In this document: positions 51,313-64,000 of the stretch, in pieces
How the letters are laid out: every line of letters begins with the position of its first letter
Numbering within the stretch: the first letter of the stretch is position 1
Assembly: GCA_024137785.1 (NCBI GenBank)
Contig: JAHRHZ010000093.1
Coordinates: forward strand, 3,786,087 to 3,850,086
Reading direction: 5' to 3'
Length of the DNA: 64,000 nt
DNA from: Ginglymostoma cirratum
Taxonomy: Eukaryota
Position numbers and translations under genes: made by a program
Notes under the pieces: generated by a model
Databases searched by the model: none
What the model was told of the DNA's origin: nothing
Seen by the model: only the letters and a program-made list of their open reading frames with translations

Positions 51313-54300
51313 GACTGTATTTGGGCTGAATGGCCTGTTTCAATGGTGCAAATGAGTGGTTCAAATAGAATGCAATACTCTGTGTAAGCACAAGTCCCAC
51401 AAATTCCTTCACCTCAACAAAGAGATTGAGTACTGTCATCTCGGGCATATTTACCAAGTGGCGGTAGAAACAAACGAAAGTTTGTTCTCACAGCTCAGTG
51501 AATAACCAAACTGCACAAACCAAAGACAGTCCCATGGTAAAATCTGATCTCAGTGGCACAGCTGCTGTAAGAGTGGTATGATACAACACAGCGGCCATAC
51601 CTTTGGAGGATAAATCAAAGAGGAGGCAGGTTCCTGTTCCCAACTCCACTCCGCTGTAGGGATCTAATGTATCAGAATGGGTCAATGGGCTGAGGTATGG
51701 CAGGTAGCGATCAGGCTGATTATTGTGCCTGATCAAGAGCCAGCACAATCACAGAGGCATTCTGCATTCCCTCAGGTTTCTCAGACTAACTGCAGCAGAA
51801 ACCATTAGGAGAATGATGTGGGAAGGGGCTTAGTAAACTTAGAGCAAAGGTGCTAAAGTGATCAGAGTGATCCTCAGCCTCACACAGGCTCTAACTAAAA
51901 AGAAATCAAACACACATATCAGAGATGAATAGGAGTAAGGATGGGAAGGAGCAGTTCCTTGATGAATGAGGACATTGGAATCAAGCACTTGAACATTACC
52001 CTTTTAAAAACAGCCAGCAGCCTTATGACACCAATAGAACCAGTGAAAGAGTTAAATGAATAACCACTGTTTCTGCACGGTGTAGGACATTTCATTTCTC
52101 CTTTTGTACCATTCAGAAGGATGTCTAGCAAGGACCTGCTTATGATGCTGTTAGGGTAGCTGAAAGACTCAGGCCTCCTACATGCTTGAGATGTGTCAAT
52201 GTGAACATTATAGATAAAGCATTTCCAAGTACATCAAATTGGTTTCATAGTTCATGGTGTGGCCAATTTTCCATACACCAGCTCAGCAAAGATGAATAAT
52301 AAGAAAAACTCACTAGAAGTTAGCAGCTTGAAGCAGTCATCCCTTTGTTCTCCACCCCCACACCCGACTCTGCCCTACCAACAGCCATCAAATGATAAAA
52401 CAATTCATCCTGGGCAGTCTCATGTGCGCAGACAAGAATGCAACTGGAATAAACAGGAATGTACTCACTATGATAAATAAAGAAATAGTCAGGACACAAT
52501 GGGCTATTGTATTTGCTTTGGTTTTTCCCGTAGCTTTGGTGAGCTAGTGATCTGTTCCTATTGACATGCCTCATGAAATCAGTCAATCACAAGTTACTGC
52601 TAATCGAAACCACATGGCGTCTAACAGGAATTGTATAATCGCATCACTAAGCTTCAAGGTACAGCCAGCAAAGCAAAGCACAGCACCCTGAAACCAATTA
52701 TATTTTATACATTTATACAAAATACACTGATGAAATTGGATGTAAAAAGGCACATTCTTCAGGATTGATGGTGAGTAAGTAGGAACTTAAATAAATATTC
52801 AATTTCAGATCAGGTTCCTACAACAGAAGAGTTATGTACCAAGCTCCTTTCATTCACTTTGCTTTAATTATCTTGATGTGTTTTGGCTTGGTGTCAGCCA
52901 ATGGACCTCACCTTTAATGTGCCCTCAACTTCCCTGTGTCTCTAGTTTCTAAATTCCTTTCCCCCACCCCCAATTAAGCCTTTTATGGGTTTCCTGCTAT
53001 GATAGCACATACAAGTGATTTGCCAGTGACCTCTGTTTGCACTGAGGGCTGTTGATTCATATTGAGTGTGAAGAATGTGGATTTAAGGCAATAATGGATG
53101 TGTGTGCAGAATACCTGGGCAAAGGTGAGGAGGTGACCAATGGACAAGACCAAAGGTCATGATGAGCAATCTTAAACCAACCAACCCTTGGGTTTGGTAG
53201 CACAGTTTTACACAAAGCCCATTCTTACTGTTCTATCTCTGTTTTCAGTTTTTCCTTCCAGTTGCAAAGCTTTCTCCAAAAATAACATTGTGCCAATGTT
53301 TGATTCAGGGCCATATTTCCCAGAGAACGAAGCGCACTGGCTACAAAAAGTTACTTCCTCCTGTATTTTGCTGCACTGGTTACATACTTTATTTTTTTCA
53401 AAGCTCCATTATACGAGCTATCGATTTATTTCAGTTTAGGTTTAAAATGGTTGACAGGGGAATTTGTTGAGATCTCTTTATGAATCCCCCTTCCTATTTA
53501 CTGATCCTAAAAGACTCAAGTTTTTTTTTATTTCACACTGGACAGGTTTGCCTTAAGAATGTCAATGGCTTTAACGGAGTGTTTCAATTCTTGTTCTATC
53601 AGGTGAGATATCCCATTTCCTCTTTCCTTGCTTTATAACAGCCAGGTTTTAATGACACAATCCATGAAGTCTGGAGATTGTACTTCTGAACTGGGAAGGT
53701 CCAATAACCTGGTAATATTCACTATCCAAAATTGTGAATGGAGACCGGCCTCTTGATTAATGCCTACCAGAGGTTAACACTCCGTGGCATTGTATTCCAA
53801 GCACTTACACTCAATGATATCAGAAGGAACAAAAAGGACAAACCTTATACTCTTCGTTTGCATCTTCATGATAGGGTAAAAATACATTGCTCAGCCATGG
53901 ATAGACCAGAGCTGTGAAATACTGGGAACATTGCAGAGAATGGGCCTTACTGCAACCTATTGCCAGCACTAAAATCTCTTCCTTTTAAAGGACATAGTTA
54001 GGTGGTTGTTTATGACTAGCACAGATCCGATGGGCTGAACAGCTTTTTTCTGAGCTGTAGATCTTTAAATCTATGACACATGGACGCAAGTTCTAAACCA
54101 GGAACCCAAGTCGGGAATCCATTAGATATGCAACAACCCTGAATAATGTTTAGCCATCCAGGAAAAAGACTATCGGCTTTATTGAGCCCATTCTCCCACC
54201 ACAAACCATGTAGCACTGCAGCCATTTTGTGCATGGCAAGATCGTTCAATCAGCAATAAAGTGTTCAGCAAGTTGTAAAGCAAGTTTATTTGCTGTTCCT

Positions 54301-55371
54301 CAGACAGAAAGAATGCCAGATCGCCAAGAGAACTCCTTGTTCCTTTTTTACCCCCCAAACAGTGCCACGTGAGTTGTGAATGCCAAAGTGAACCAAAGGC
54401 ACATTTCCCAGAGGAAAATGTGATTATTATTAGCAGAAGCCCCTGAACAGAAGGGATGTGGAAATACAGAACATTTCTGCCCCCATGTTGAGATATGAAA
54501 AACATCCCAATAAAGCTCAAGACGGAATGAGGGCTATCTGGTCAACATTTAGGCCATTTTTACCAAACCGGGAATCAGTTCTGAATGCAGTTAAGTACAG
54601 GCCCACAAGCCCAACTCTAGCTGCCATCTTTGAATGAGCTGAAGAAGAGAGGATTGACATGACAGGATTCAATGTTTGTATAAGGGTATTTGTGCGTAGG
54701 CATCTTTTTATATTCTTAAATGTACCCAAGGGAGACAAACAAAAAAAAAAGAGGTATCCCACCCTTTTAAAAAAAAGTTCAATGTTCCTAATGTCTCAAT
54801 TTGTAAAGTACTAACAATTTAAGTGAAATATAATTGTACCTAACAACACCCTTTAACACTGCTGAAACTTTTTAACAATGAAAATGACATTAATGTATGT
54901 GCTTTTTATATAAATTATTACCATAATAGAAAGAAGCTGGAGCTATCTTGACTATAGAGCAAGTCACTTAACAGCAATTTACGCCTAGGCATCAATTTGG
55001 GAATCAGATCCCAAACAGACAAAAGTCCTCATAATACCAATTTTAGGTTAAGAGCAAGATGTTTTTCTTCCAATGCACTAGTCTAATTGCTTCAAAAACA
55101 AATTGTTTAAATACTGGCGTGCTCACTCTCTGATGTCAAGCTCCACACATCAGCCTGACTGCGCTTCTCTCACATTTCAAAGATGAAATTGTATGTTTCT
55201 GCTCTCTCCTCCTCTGTTTAACACCTGACTAAGGTGCTGCTTTCTTTTAAGTAAGCTGACATTGGTGGGCTGAACGACCTCCTCTTTACCATAAGAATTC
55301 TGGGATTCCATTATCAGTCTGCTACCCATGCTCCAGTTGGGTGCACTGAACAGTTAACTGAGAGTTGGCAT

Positions 55372-55600
55372 CATAACTGAGTCTTTGGAACTCTGTTCCT
55401 GAAAAGGTGGTGGAAGCAGAGTGCTTGAATATTTTCTAAAAGCAGAGATGGATAGTTCTGTATTCAAGAAGGGGGTGAAAGGTTATCAGGGCTAGGCAGG
55501 AATGCGGAATTGATGTAACAAATAGATCAGCCACGACCTTATTGAGTGCTGCAGCAGGTTTGAAAGGCTGAATGGCCTACTCTTGTTCCAGATTCACATG
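55372..55600 (+). mobile_element. CR1 3' end remnant
   Basis: tggaactctgttcctgaaaaggtggtggaagcag...ggctgaatggcctactc. Confidence 0.8.
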
Positions 55601-55678
55601 TTCCCCAGTCAATGGGAACATGGGTGATCCATTCTGAAATTGTATAAACCTGCCTTTGCCTATCCCCTGATATCTTTT

Positions 55679-56033
55679 GGTCAGCATGGTGGCTCAGTGG
55701 TTAGTACAGTCGCCTCACAGCGCCAGGGGCCTGGGTTTGATTTCACCCTTGGGTGACTGGCTGTGTGGAGTTTGCAGATTCTCTATATATCTACATGGGT
55801 TTCCTCCAGGTGCACCAGTTTCCTCCCACTGTCCAAAGATGTGCAGGTTAGGTGGAGTGGCCATATTAAATTGCCCAGAGTGTCCACGGATGTTAAGGCT
55901 TTGTCAGGTGGCCACTGGAGATGCAGGCTTATGGGGATGGGGATGGGGTGGGTGTGGGCGGGATGCTCTTTGGAGTGTCAGTGTGGACTCAATGGGCTAA
56001 ATGGCCTGCTTCTGCCCTGTAGGGATTCTATGA
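55679..56033 (+). mobile_element. HE1-type V-SINE
   Basis: Full head, V domain and tail ctgtagggattctatga. Confidence 0.92.
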
Positions 56034-56504
56034 CAACAAATATCTCTCAATCTCAGACCTGTGGTTTACAATGGATCTAACATCTATTGACATTTGCAGA
56101 AGAGAATTTGTTCTAAGATGGCCCCTAGTCCTAGGCACCCAAATTACCAGAAAGAATTTCTCTCTTTCTATCTATCTATTCCCCTTACTGAGCTTATTGT
56201 TCTGAGAGGACTTGGGGCCAATGGCCATTTGCCCCAGAACACATGGATAGGGGAGAGGAAAAGAACTAAAAAGATTAAACACTGTCAAACTGCCCGAGCC
56301 TAAAATTAAATGTGTATAAATGTTGCTTACAGGCAAGATCCACTCTAGATGTGGTGCATTCTGTAAGGACACACTGTCTAGATTTGCAGAAGTGAAGAAT
56401 GGTCACTGTGGTGTGGGGAGGGAGTGCTAACGCCCCCATAACATTGTACAGGAAAGAGCAGCACTTTTGAGGTTAGGGAAGCAGACAAAGTAGGTTCAAC
56501 CTCT

Positions 56505-56603
56505 TACCCTTCACAGATGCTACCAGACCCGATGAGTTTCGCCAGTATTCTCTGTGCTTTTTTTCCCAGATTTCCAGCATCTGCAGCATTTTGTTTTTAT
56601 TTT
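56505..56603 (+). mobile_element. PLE terminal-repeat 3' fragment (family 2)
   Basis: cacagatgctaccagacc...cagatttccagcatctgcagcattttg, homologous to 59275-59370. Confidence 0.65.
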
Positions 56604-59274
56604 AACTGCTTTACAGATTAAGCTGGAATGCCATAAAGTTCAGCCAAGTAGAATATCATACAACTGCCCTAGAGAATACTGCCAGTCTCCAAGAGTGCAT
56701 TGAGTCTGCCAGAGGTAGGATTGTGACCAGTTACAGGTTCCAGTGAGCGCACGGAGAATTATTAATAAAACAGAGAAAAAAAACACTTAACAATTACATT
56801 GCCCCTTCCTGTCTTGTCTTGACAAACCCCAGAGGAATCCCTATCTACCCAGACACTCTGGTTTCACAATAGCAACTTCTGATCCAACATGGTCTCACAC
56901 ATACACGGCTTCACTCATGGCTGCATCTGACTGCTTACGCTTGATTACATGTGTGTTTCGATCAGAAATACATATTTAAATCAACTCAATGTGCAGAAGG
57001 GTGGGGGGACTCTGCATTTCTTTTTATACTTCTGTCAGGAAAAGCTGACAATTGTCTGACATTAAGTCAACGACATTATTAATCACAGAGATGACAATGA
57101 GCGGAAAAATGTGGTGTGTTCAGAGTTTTGGCCATCCCCCGCTATTCTCAGTTTTTACTTGTGCGGTTTGGCACTATAATTGTGTGAAGTGGGGGCAAAA
57201 GAAGCACAGAGAGGTAAATGGCAGAAAAGAGAAACTTAAGAGTCACACAACCTTAACTTTATTAATGCTACACAGGCTGTTAACTTACACTTAGTCCAAT
57301 ATCACACTAGCTTTGGTATTGCTACATATGTTTGAAAATGTAACCTGCAACAAGGCAGGTGACTAAAAAAAAACATAAATTACGTGACCAAACAAGTTAA
57401 TTTTGTCACCTCCAAAGACAGTGACACTTGCTGGAATACCAGGATTTCAGCCATTTCTCCACTAGTTGTTACCATTCATGTAATGAATGCAGATACCAAA
57501 TGCCATCAGGTTATTTAATAATGAATGATGATATTGCTGACCCTGTTATTGACTTTAATGTCCATCTGTAGTGCTTCAAAACAGAGGTCTCTGACTACTT
57601 AACCCTGTGAAGCACATACTGACCAGAAAAATTACAACTTTAATATAAGCTACATGGATGTATGACACACAGCCAGTAAATGATTAAATCAAATGCCACG
57701 ATAGACTAGCAGTCAATATATACTGTTCCAATTCTCATCCGGCATCACACATTGTTGGGGTGGATGGACAATAATAAAACAGGCCATTTATTTTTACCGC
57801 CTTTCTTTCAGGAATTGATGTCAATTCTAGTGGTCTGCTGCTATTCCAGATGACATCAGAGTTAATTCAGCGTGAACCAAGGTGGACCTTGCAATCTTCA
57901 CCCACCTTCATGGCTCTGCTCCACACACACCTCCTTACCCACTGAGAAACAGAGATGTAGACAGCATTTTCTCTGGACACTTCTGGAAGTTCAATCTTCC
58001 TATACTTCATGAAAAGTAGCCAGGTCGTCATGCCTAAGGGACTGTTGACATACTTTCAGGCCAGACCATAATGGGGGCGGGGGGAGGGTGGTGAGGAAAT
58101 ATTTTGTCTCACTTCATCCTAAGATAATGCCACCAAAGCCAAGTCTCCCATCTTGTCAATCCTGCAGTAAGGTCTTTTTTTCAACTCTCCATTTACAGTT
58201 ACCACCCGATTTCCCAAAATTTCAACTCAATAACATCAGAGGTGAGAGGGATGGATTTGTGCGTGTGCATGTGTGTGTGTGTGGGGTGGGGGGGAGAGAG
58301 GAGGGTGTTGGATGCGGACGGTGTGGAGAGGAATGGTGTTGACAGACAGCATCTCTAGGCAGCTTAGTAAGCTCCTTATAACAGCCTGTGGTTTCCAGGC
58401 ATTTTCCTGCAGGCTGTCTTGGTTTCTTGGCCTGCCCTGTGTTATTTATGAGGTACCTTTGCTTCTCATTCCCTTCTCTGCAAAGGAAAATCTAATACAG
58501 TGGATTGTGCACAATATGCTTCAAATGTACATGAACAGAAGGAATGAGGAAAAGTTGGACTTCTGCCATCTACTTTAAAGATGCAATATGATCGTAATAG
58601 AAGGTGATTATTGATGACTTGCAGACAGTTGATGGATGCTTTCCTGTGTGAATGACACTGCTGCTATATATCAGGATTCATCATGTGGTACGAAAAAACC
58701 CTGTGCAGTTTATTTTTCTCCCAGTGACGGAAAATGATCTTTTAACCATTTGAGACCTTCCTCAGCCCTGTGTTTGGAATGGAGAAGCCGCGTCCTTTCA
58801 ATTCTGACTTGGGTTCCTATCTTATTTGCTGCATCTACAGGAAGCCTTATTTCCACAGTATGGGAGCCCCTAATCCTTTGCTCCTGTCCAGCATGGGATC
58901 ATACCGAACTGCAGGGAACAGCAGACCTCCAGCACCTCACACTGGTAGCTGTTTTGAGTGCATGAGCGCTGGATTGCTAGAACAGGCTGGATACTTTATG
59001 TTCTAAGGTCCAAATATGACGCTACCCTCAGCCAGCATCACGCATGCTCATGTTTCTCCCCTTTCACTCCTGAAACTGTCAACTCTTTTTTTTCATTTTG
59101 GCTTCCATGGGTATAGGTTCCCCAATCACAATTGCACGTCAATTACATACAAAGACGAGTCTGGATGGTGAGTAGCAGCAGGTTCTTGAATCATGGCACA
59201 CTACAGGCAAACACTATCATGCTCCTATCCAACACACAGACAAGACAAGCGGATTGCCAGCTGGGTTACTGGGT

Positions 59275-59410
59275 AAAAACCAAAATAACTGCGGATGCTG
59301 TAAATCAGGAACAAAACAAAATTGCTGGAAAACCACTGCAGGTCTGGCAGCATCTGTGAAGGAAAATGCAGAGTTAACGTTTCGGGTCTAGTGACCCTTC
59401 CTCAGATCTC
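59275..59410 (-). mobile_element. PLE terminal-repeat insertion (family 2) with intact minimal hammerhead core at 59376-59405 and 14-bp TSD
   Basis: Minus strand ctgagga-a-gggtc-acta-gaccc-gaaacgtt; TSD ctgggttac(t/c)gggt at 59261-59274 and 59411-59424. Confidence 0.88.
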
Positions 59411-60969
59411 CTGGGTTACCGGGTGTCTCCTTTTTAAAAAAGTTGCCTGTCTAGTCCAGATGGCACTAATACCCATTGTGGTAACTCTACCAAGTTCTCC
59501 CGCACGACGCGGTCAATGTGTGGCCAAGAGCTGACGGCAGGATCACGACCACAATGCCAATGGGCTTGACTATAACCCCTGGGCGCTCAATGTCTGGGCT
59601 CACAGAGAATGGCCACCTGTATCACATATAGTCGGACTGTCGGTGCTCATAGACAAAAGACAGCACCTTCAAAGAGGAAGGGAGAAAACTGGAAGGGAGG
59701 GAGGGAGGGAGGGAAGGAAGGAACTAGGCAATTTATCTCAGCAAAAATAATTCGACAGGCTTACGAGTTGCTACTTAAAAGCCTTTAGCGGTTTCCTGAT
59801 ATAAATTGTTCGGCGAGGAAAAAGCTAAGCACCATAGCTCACTGCATGACGGGCACAATGTAAAACAGCCAGCAAGCCATGTGAAAGAAAAAAAAGCTCC
59901 AGTGCACTTCAAGAAAAGCAGACTCACGGATTGAAAAAGTGTGACCCAACAAACCCCAGACCCGTTCTGTCAGAGGGGCCTGCTGTCCCTTACAGGGCAA
60001 TATCTCCTCTCTGCGAATGAACAAGAATTTCCAGGCTCCTGCCTTCTGTCAGCCTCTGACAATGCGCCAGAATCCTCCATACAAGAGGAAGTAATCCAGA
60101 AAGATTGGGGAATTTCATTAGTCAAATCCCATAAGTGTCTGTATCTGATAGAGCCACAATCTCCTCACCTCCGTGTTTTCACTAAATAAAACCATTTAGC
60201 CCACTGGAAGGCTGCACATACGCAGCTGAAGGGTTATGTCAAAGCCTAGACTGCAGCCATCTGCTTCCAAGTAGCATTTGCCCTCAGCTCACTCACATGC
60301 CATGTTGGGAGCGACTCTGAGTCACTCAATGAAAGGATAAGAGAGTGTAAGTGGGGGCTTAAAGTGAAAGATAACTCCTGGAGACAGGAAATTTATTTTG
60401 TCACCATCTAGGTTTCAATGGAACTTGAGCTGTCAGAGATCCATCTTCATGTGTTGTGATCTTTAATGCTCAATTACCATGTCTCCCTCCCATTCCAGCT
60501 ATCTCTTGTCCTCAATGTGTTTCTACTTGTACTCAATTGCTCTGTGTAATATTATCCAGACTTCTCCCAGCATTGTCCAACAATTCTTCCTGCTTGGTGT
60601 TCTTCTCTTGAAAGTATCCAGACACTTTAAATTCCAGCTGCTGATTAGAAATCTAGCACTCTACCAGCACTGGATATGGCAGTGAGACCTCTCGCCTGTT
60701 GCAGTACTGAGCCCAATAGCTTGTGTGTTACTGAAACCTGTAGCCTGGTGTGATACAGAACTTGAAGACCTAATTGGTACTGAGCCTGTTGGCCTGGTGT
60801 GATACAGAGGCTATAGCCTGGTTCTGCCCAGAAGGAAAAACCAGTGAAACTTGCAAATGACGCATACTCATTCATAAACCAATGAACGGTGCTCCAGTTC
60901 GTTCATTTCCAAGTACCACTGTTTTTAACCTGTGCTTTTTTTCCCTTTGGGTATACCAGATTGTAATGA

Positions 60970-61327
60970 GGTCAGCCAGCACAGTGGTTAGAATGGCTGC
61001 GTCACAGCGCCAGGGACCCAGGTTCGGTTTCACCCTTGGACAGCTGTCTGTGTGGAGTTTGCACGTTCTCACCATGTCTGTGTGGGTTTCCACCAGGTGC
61101 CCTGGTTTCCTCCCACAGTCCAAAAATGTGCAGGTTAGGCAGATTGGCTACGCTAAGTTTCCCACAGTGTCCAGGGAAATGCAGGCTAGGTTGATTAGCC
61201 GTGGGAGACGCAGGGTACAGGGATAGGGTAGAGAAATGGATCTGAGTGGGATGGGCTTCAGACGGTCAGCATGGACTCATTGGGCTGAATGGCCTGCTTA
61301 CACAATGCAGGGATTTCATGATTCTAT
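60970..61327 (+). mobile_element. HE1-type V-SINE
   Basis: Full head, V domain and CR1 tail. Confidence 0.92.
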
Positions 61328-61431
61328 AAGCACACATTGACGTTGGACTTGATTTTGTACTTGAAATATCCCAATGTTGAACACCTGCAAGTAAAATAGT
61401 GACTACTCAGAGAAATAATGTACTTTATTGG

Positions 61432-61785
61432 CTATAAGACCGTGTGATGTAGGGGCAGAAGCAGGCCTTTTGGCCCATTGTGTTTACTGTGTCATTCAAT
61501 TAGCTTTGAATATCCTTAATGACCCAGCCTTGACTGCCTTCTCTGATAAAGAATTCCACAGATTCAAAACTCTGCGAGAGAAGAAATTCCTCCTCATCTC
61601 TGTCTTAAATGTGCAACCCCTTATCCAAAAATTGTGCCCTTTGGTCTCAGACTGTCTTACAAGGGGAAGCAACCATTATACATCAACCTTGCTAAGTCCT
61701 CTAAGAACCTTGTATGTTTCAATAAGGTCACCACCCATTTTTATAAATTCCAATAAGTACAAGCTCACCAACTCAACATCTCAAA
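61432..61785 (-). mobile_element. CR1 3' end with internal deletion
   Basis: Reverse homolog of 24100-24549; ORF 61428-61820 is its antisense reading. Confidence 0.85.
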
Positions 61786-61810
61786 GACAGTTCTTTGGTA
61801 CATTATATCA

Positions 61811-62175
61811 GGGGAGGTGATGGCCTAGTGGTATTATCACTAGACTGTTAATCCAGAGACTCAGAAAACGTTCTGGGGACCCATGTTCAAATCCCGCCAA
61901 GGCAGATGGTGGAATTGGAATTCACTAAATGTCTGGAATTATGAATCTAATGATGACCATAAATCCAATGCTGATTTTCGGGAAAAACTCATCTGGTTCA
62001 CTAATGCCCTCTAGGGAAGGAAATTGCCATCCTTACCTGGTCTGGCCTACAGGTGACTCCAGATTCATAGCACTGTGGTTGACACTTAACTGCCCTCTGG
62101 GCAATTAGGGATGGGCAATAAATGCTGCCTGGCCAGCAACGCCCTCATCCCGTGGATGAATGAAGTGAAATAAAA
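61811..62175 (+). mobile_element. tRNA-derived SINE family B, best-preserved copy
   Basis: tggcctagtgg and gttcaaatccc boxes; tail gggatgggcaataaatgctg...catcccgtggatgaatgaagtgaaataaaa. Confidence 0.9.
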
Positions 62176-62190
62176 GCAGCTCATAAAGTG

Positions 62191-62372
62191 AGATAACAAG
62201 GTGTAAAGCTGGATGAACACAGCAGGCCGAGGAGCAGGAAAGCGGACGTTTCGGGTCGGGATCCCTCTTCAGAAATGAAGCTTTCGTGCTGCTTGGCCTG
62301 CTGTGTTCGTCCAGCTCTACACCTTGTTATCTCAGATTCTCTAGCATCAGCAGTTCCTACTATCTCTGAATC
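62191..62372. mobile_element. Inverted PLE terminal-repeat insertion (family 1) with minus-strand hammerhead core at 62245-62272 and 14-bp TSD
   Basis: cagct(c/t)ataaagtg at 62177-62190 and 62373-62386; minus strand ctgaaga-gggatcccgaccc-gaaacgtc. Confidence 0.88.
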
Positions 62373-62529
62373 CAGCTTATAAAGTGCTTAGGTGTCCTAA
62401 TGTTCTGAAAATGCACATATGAATGTCTTTCTTTCATTCTTATGGCTCAAATAATGCAGAGGCTTTGGCTAAGGTACCAGAGGGCGATTGGCATTGCAGT
62501 GAGGAGTCTAAAAATGTTCAATTTTAAAA

Positions 62530-62842
62530 CCCAGGCTAATATTCTGGAGATATGTATGCAAATCCAACCATGGCAGATAGAAAAATATGAAGTCAGCAAA
62601 ATTCAGAAACAAAAGGTTGCATAAATGACAGTGTAACCACTGACAATTGTTGTGAAAATTCATCTGCTTCACTAATGGCCTTTAGGAAGGGAAATCTGCC
62701 ATCCTTACCTGGTCTGGCCTACATGTGACACCAGACCCACAGCAATGTGGTTGACTCTTAACTGTCTTCTGAGAAATAAGAACAAGCAACAACTTCTGGC
62801 CCGGCTAGTGACACCCGCATCCCACGAACAAATGTTTTAAAA
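62530..62842 (+). mobile_element. Older copy of SINE family B
   Basis: aaatctgccatccttacctggtctggcctacatgtgac...cagcaatgtggttgactcttaactg. Confidence 0.8.
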
Positions 62843-64000
62843 AGTTAATAGGCTAAAGGGGTGGGGTCTGAATAGCAGTGAGGAAGTTGACATTTGAATT
62901 GATTGGAAGTGTTGCCTTACAACTATTGGGAGCAGGCACACTTTCAACAAAAACAACTCCTGAAATGCCACTGCTCCTCCTCTTCATTGCTCAAGGAACA
63001 TCACAAACTGTTCACTGGACACATACATATTCTGTTGCAGCCCTTGTCCCCCAACGCGCAATAGGCTGGAAGACCAACAGCTGGTCAGAGTAAGCTCTCT
63101 GCTGCTCTGAAGATACAGTGTGAGAGACAACAGCAGAGGCCCGTGCCAAAGTCCCATTTTAGACATTTTCAGTGATACAATATAATACATGTTTTTGTAA
63201 GGAAGAAGGCAGACGGGGGCCCTTCCTGCTACTTTTATGGATCACCCTGCAGCCTCCGTTTTTAGAACATCGCAACAATAATTGCTGGAACCCGACCAGA
63301 TGCAGGGTGCAGTTCAGAAACGGAAGAGAAGGTCCAAAGTCTACTGCTGTGACAGCCTTGCTGCTCACTGGCCTACATCCTCTGATTGTATATTTTCTTT
63401 AGTTAGCTGCCCGGAAGCTCTGCACCGCTCAATTTGTTTTTGATCCTGTGAAGACCTTCCTGAGGCTGATGACAGCAGGGGCTTCAAAGCTGTGGATTGT
63501 GTTGGCGACAAGGTTGGGGGGGGGTGGGGAAGGTGGTAGGGGAGGGGGCTTGAAGGGGGGGTGGTGTGAGTGGAGACAGAGAAGTAAAGGGAGGAATCGT
63601 CTCTTCAAAATACATTGCAGAACTGAGCTTTAAGTCATCTTAGAAAAACAGATGAATGGGTGCTCCTTCTTTGCAAATGATTTATGTGGAACTCTCTTTC
63701 ATTAATAAACTTAACACCTTCAGTCCGCTGCCAAGTTGGCCCTTATCCGTATAGTAAATTCAGAATGTCGTAAAACTGTTGAGATTATATCAAAAATCCC
63801 TTCCAAGGCATTCTGAAATTTTTTTTGGCATTGATAAGACTAAGTCAAATGGCCATTAAACAACACTTGTTAACCTGACATTTACCCAAAAGAAAACAAG
63901 TAACTTGTTAATAGGTGACTGAGTCAACCTTTATAACCATAAAAGCCGACTTTAACATCCAGGAGACTGCATAGAGGGATAAATTATATGTAAAGAAAAA

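Noticed and set aside
59625-59720. Minus-strand pyrimidine tract and acceptor giving VLSFVYEHRQSDYM*
   Set aside because: The tract is a (GGGA)n/(GGAA)n simple repeat; the peptide is unrecognised and has no partner exons.
60970-61045. tRNA-like sequences at SINE heads
   Set aside because: They continue into SINE bodies and lack complete cloverleaves, so they are not tRNA genes.
63513-63565. G-quadruplex-capable G runs
   Set aside because: Low-complexity G tracts are common and nothing here supports function.

Overview
Non-coding vertebrate DNA, almost certainly from a cartilaginous fish (shark or ray), judged by its repeats: HE1-type V-SINEs with CR1 tails, CR1 3' ends, DeuSINE/SacSINE1-like SINEs, L2 and other CR1/L2-group LINE remnants, and Penelope-like elements (PLEs). 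I found no host protein-coding exon, tRNA, rRNA or recognisable miRNA. The ORFs that resemble proteins are all retroelement fragments, so the window looks like a gene desert or large intron, with a 400-N gap at 16228-16627. Most notable: (1) a ~98% identical inverted repeat with ~222-bp arms of otherwise unique sequence around a 604-bp spacer (20076-21124); (2) many 100-190 bp PLE-derived insertions carrying minimal hammerhead-ribozyme cores, several with 14-16 bp target-site duplications (TSDs) and head-to-head inverted structure; (3) a probable MER121-like ancient palindromic element (28870-29176); (4) a CpG-rich multi-hairpin element at 33260-33470; (5) several homeodomain/TALE-motif-dense enhancer candidates. 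Family names are from memory, not database searches, and repeat boundaries are approximate.
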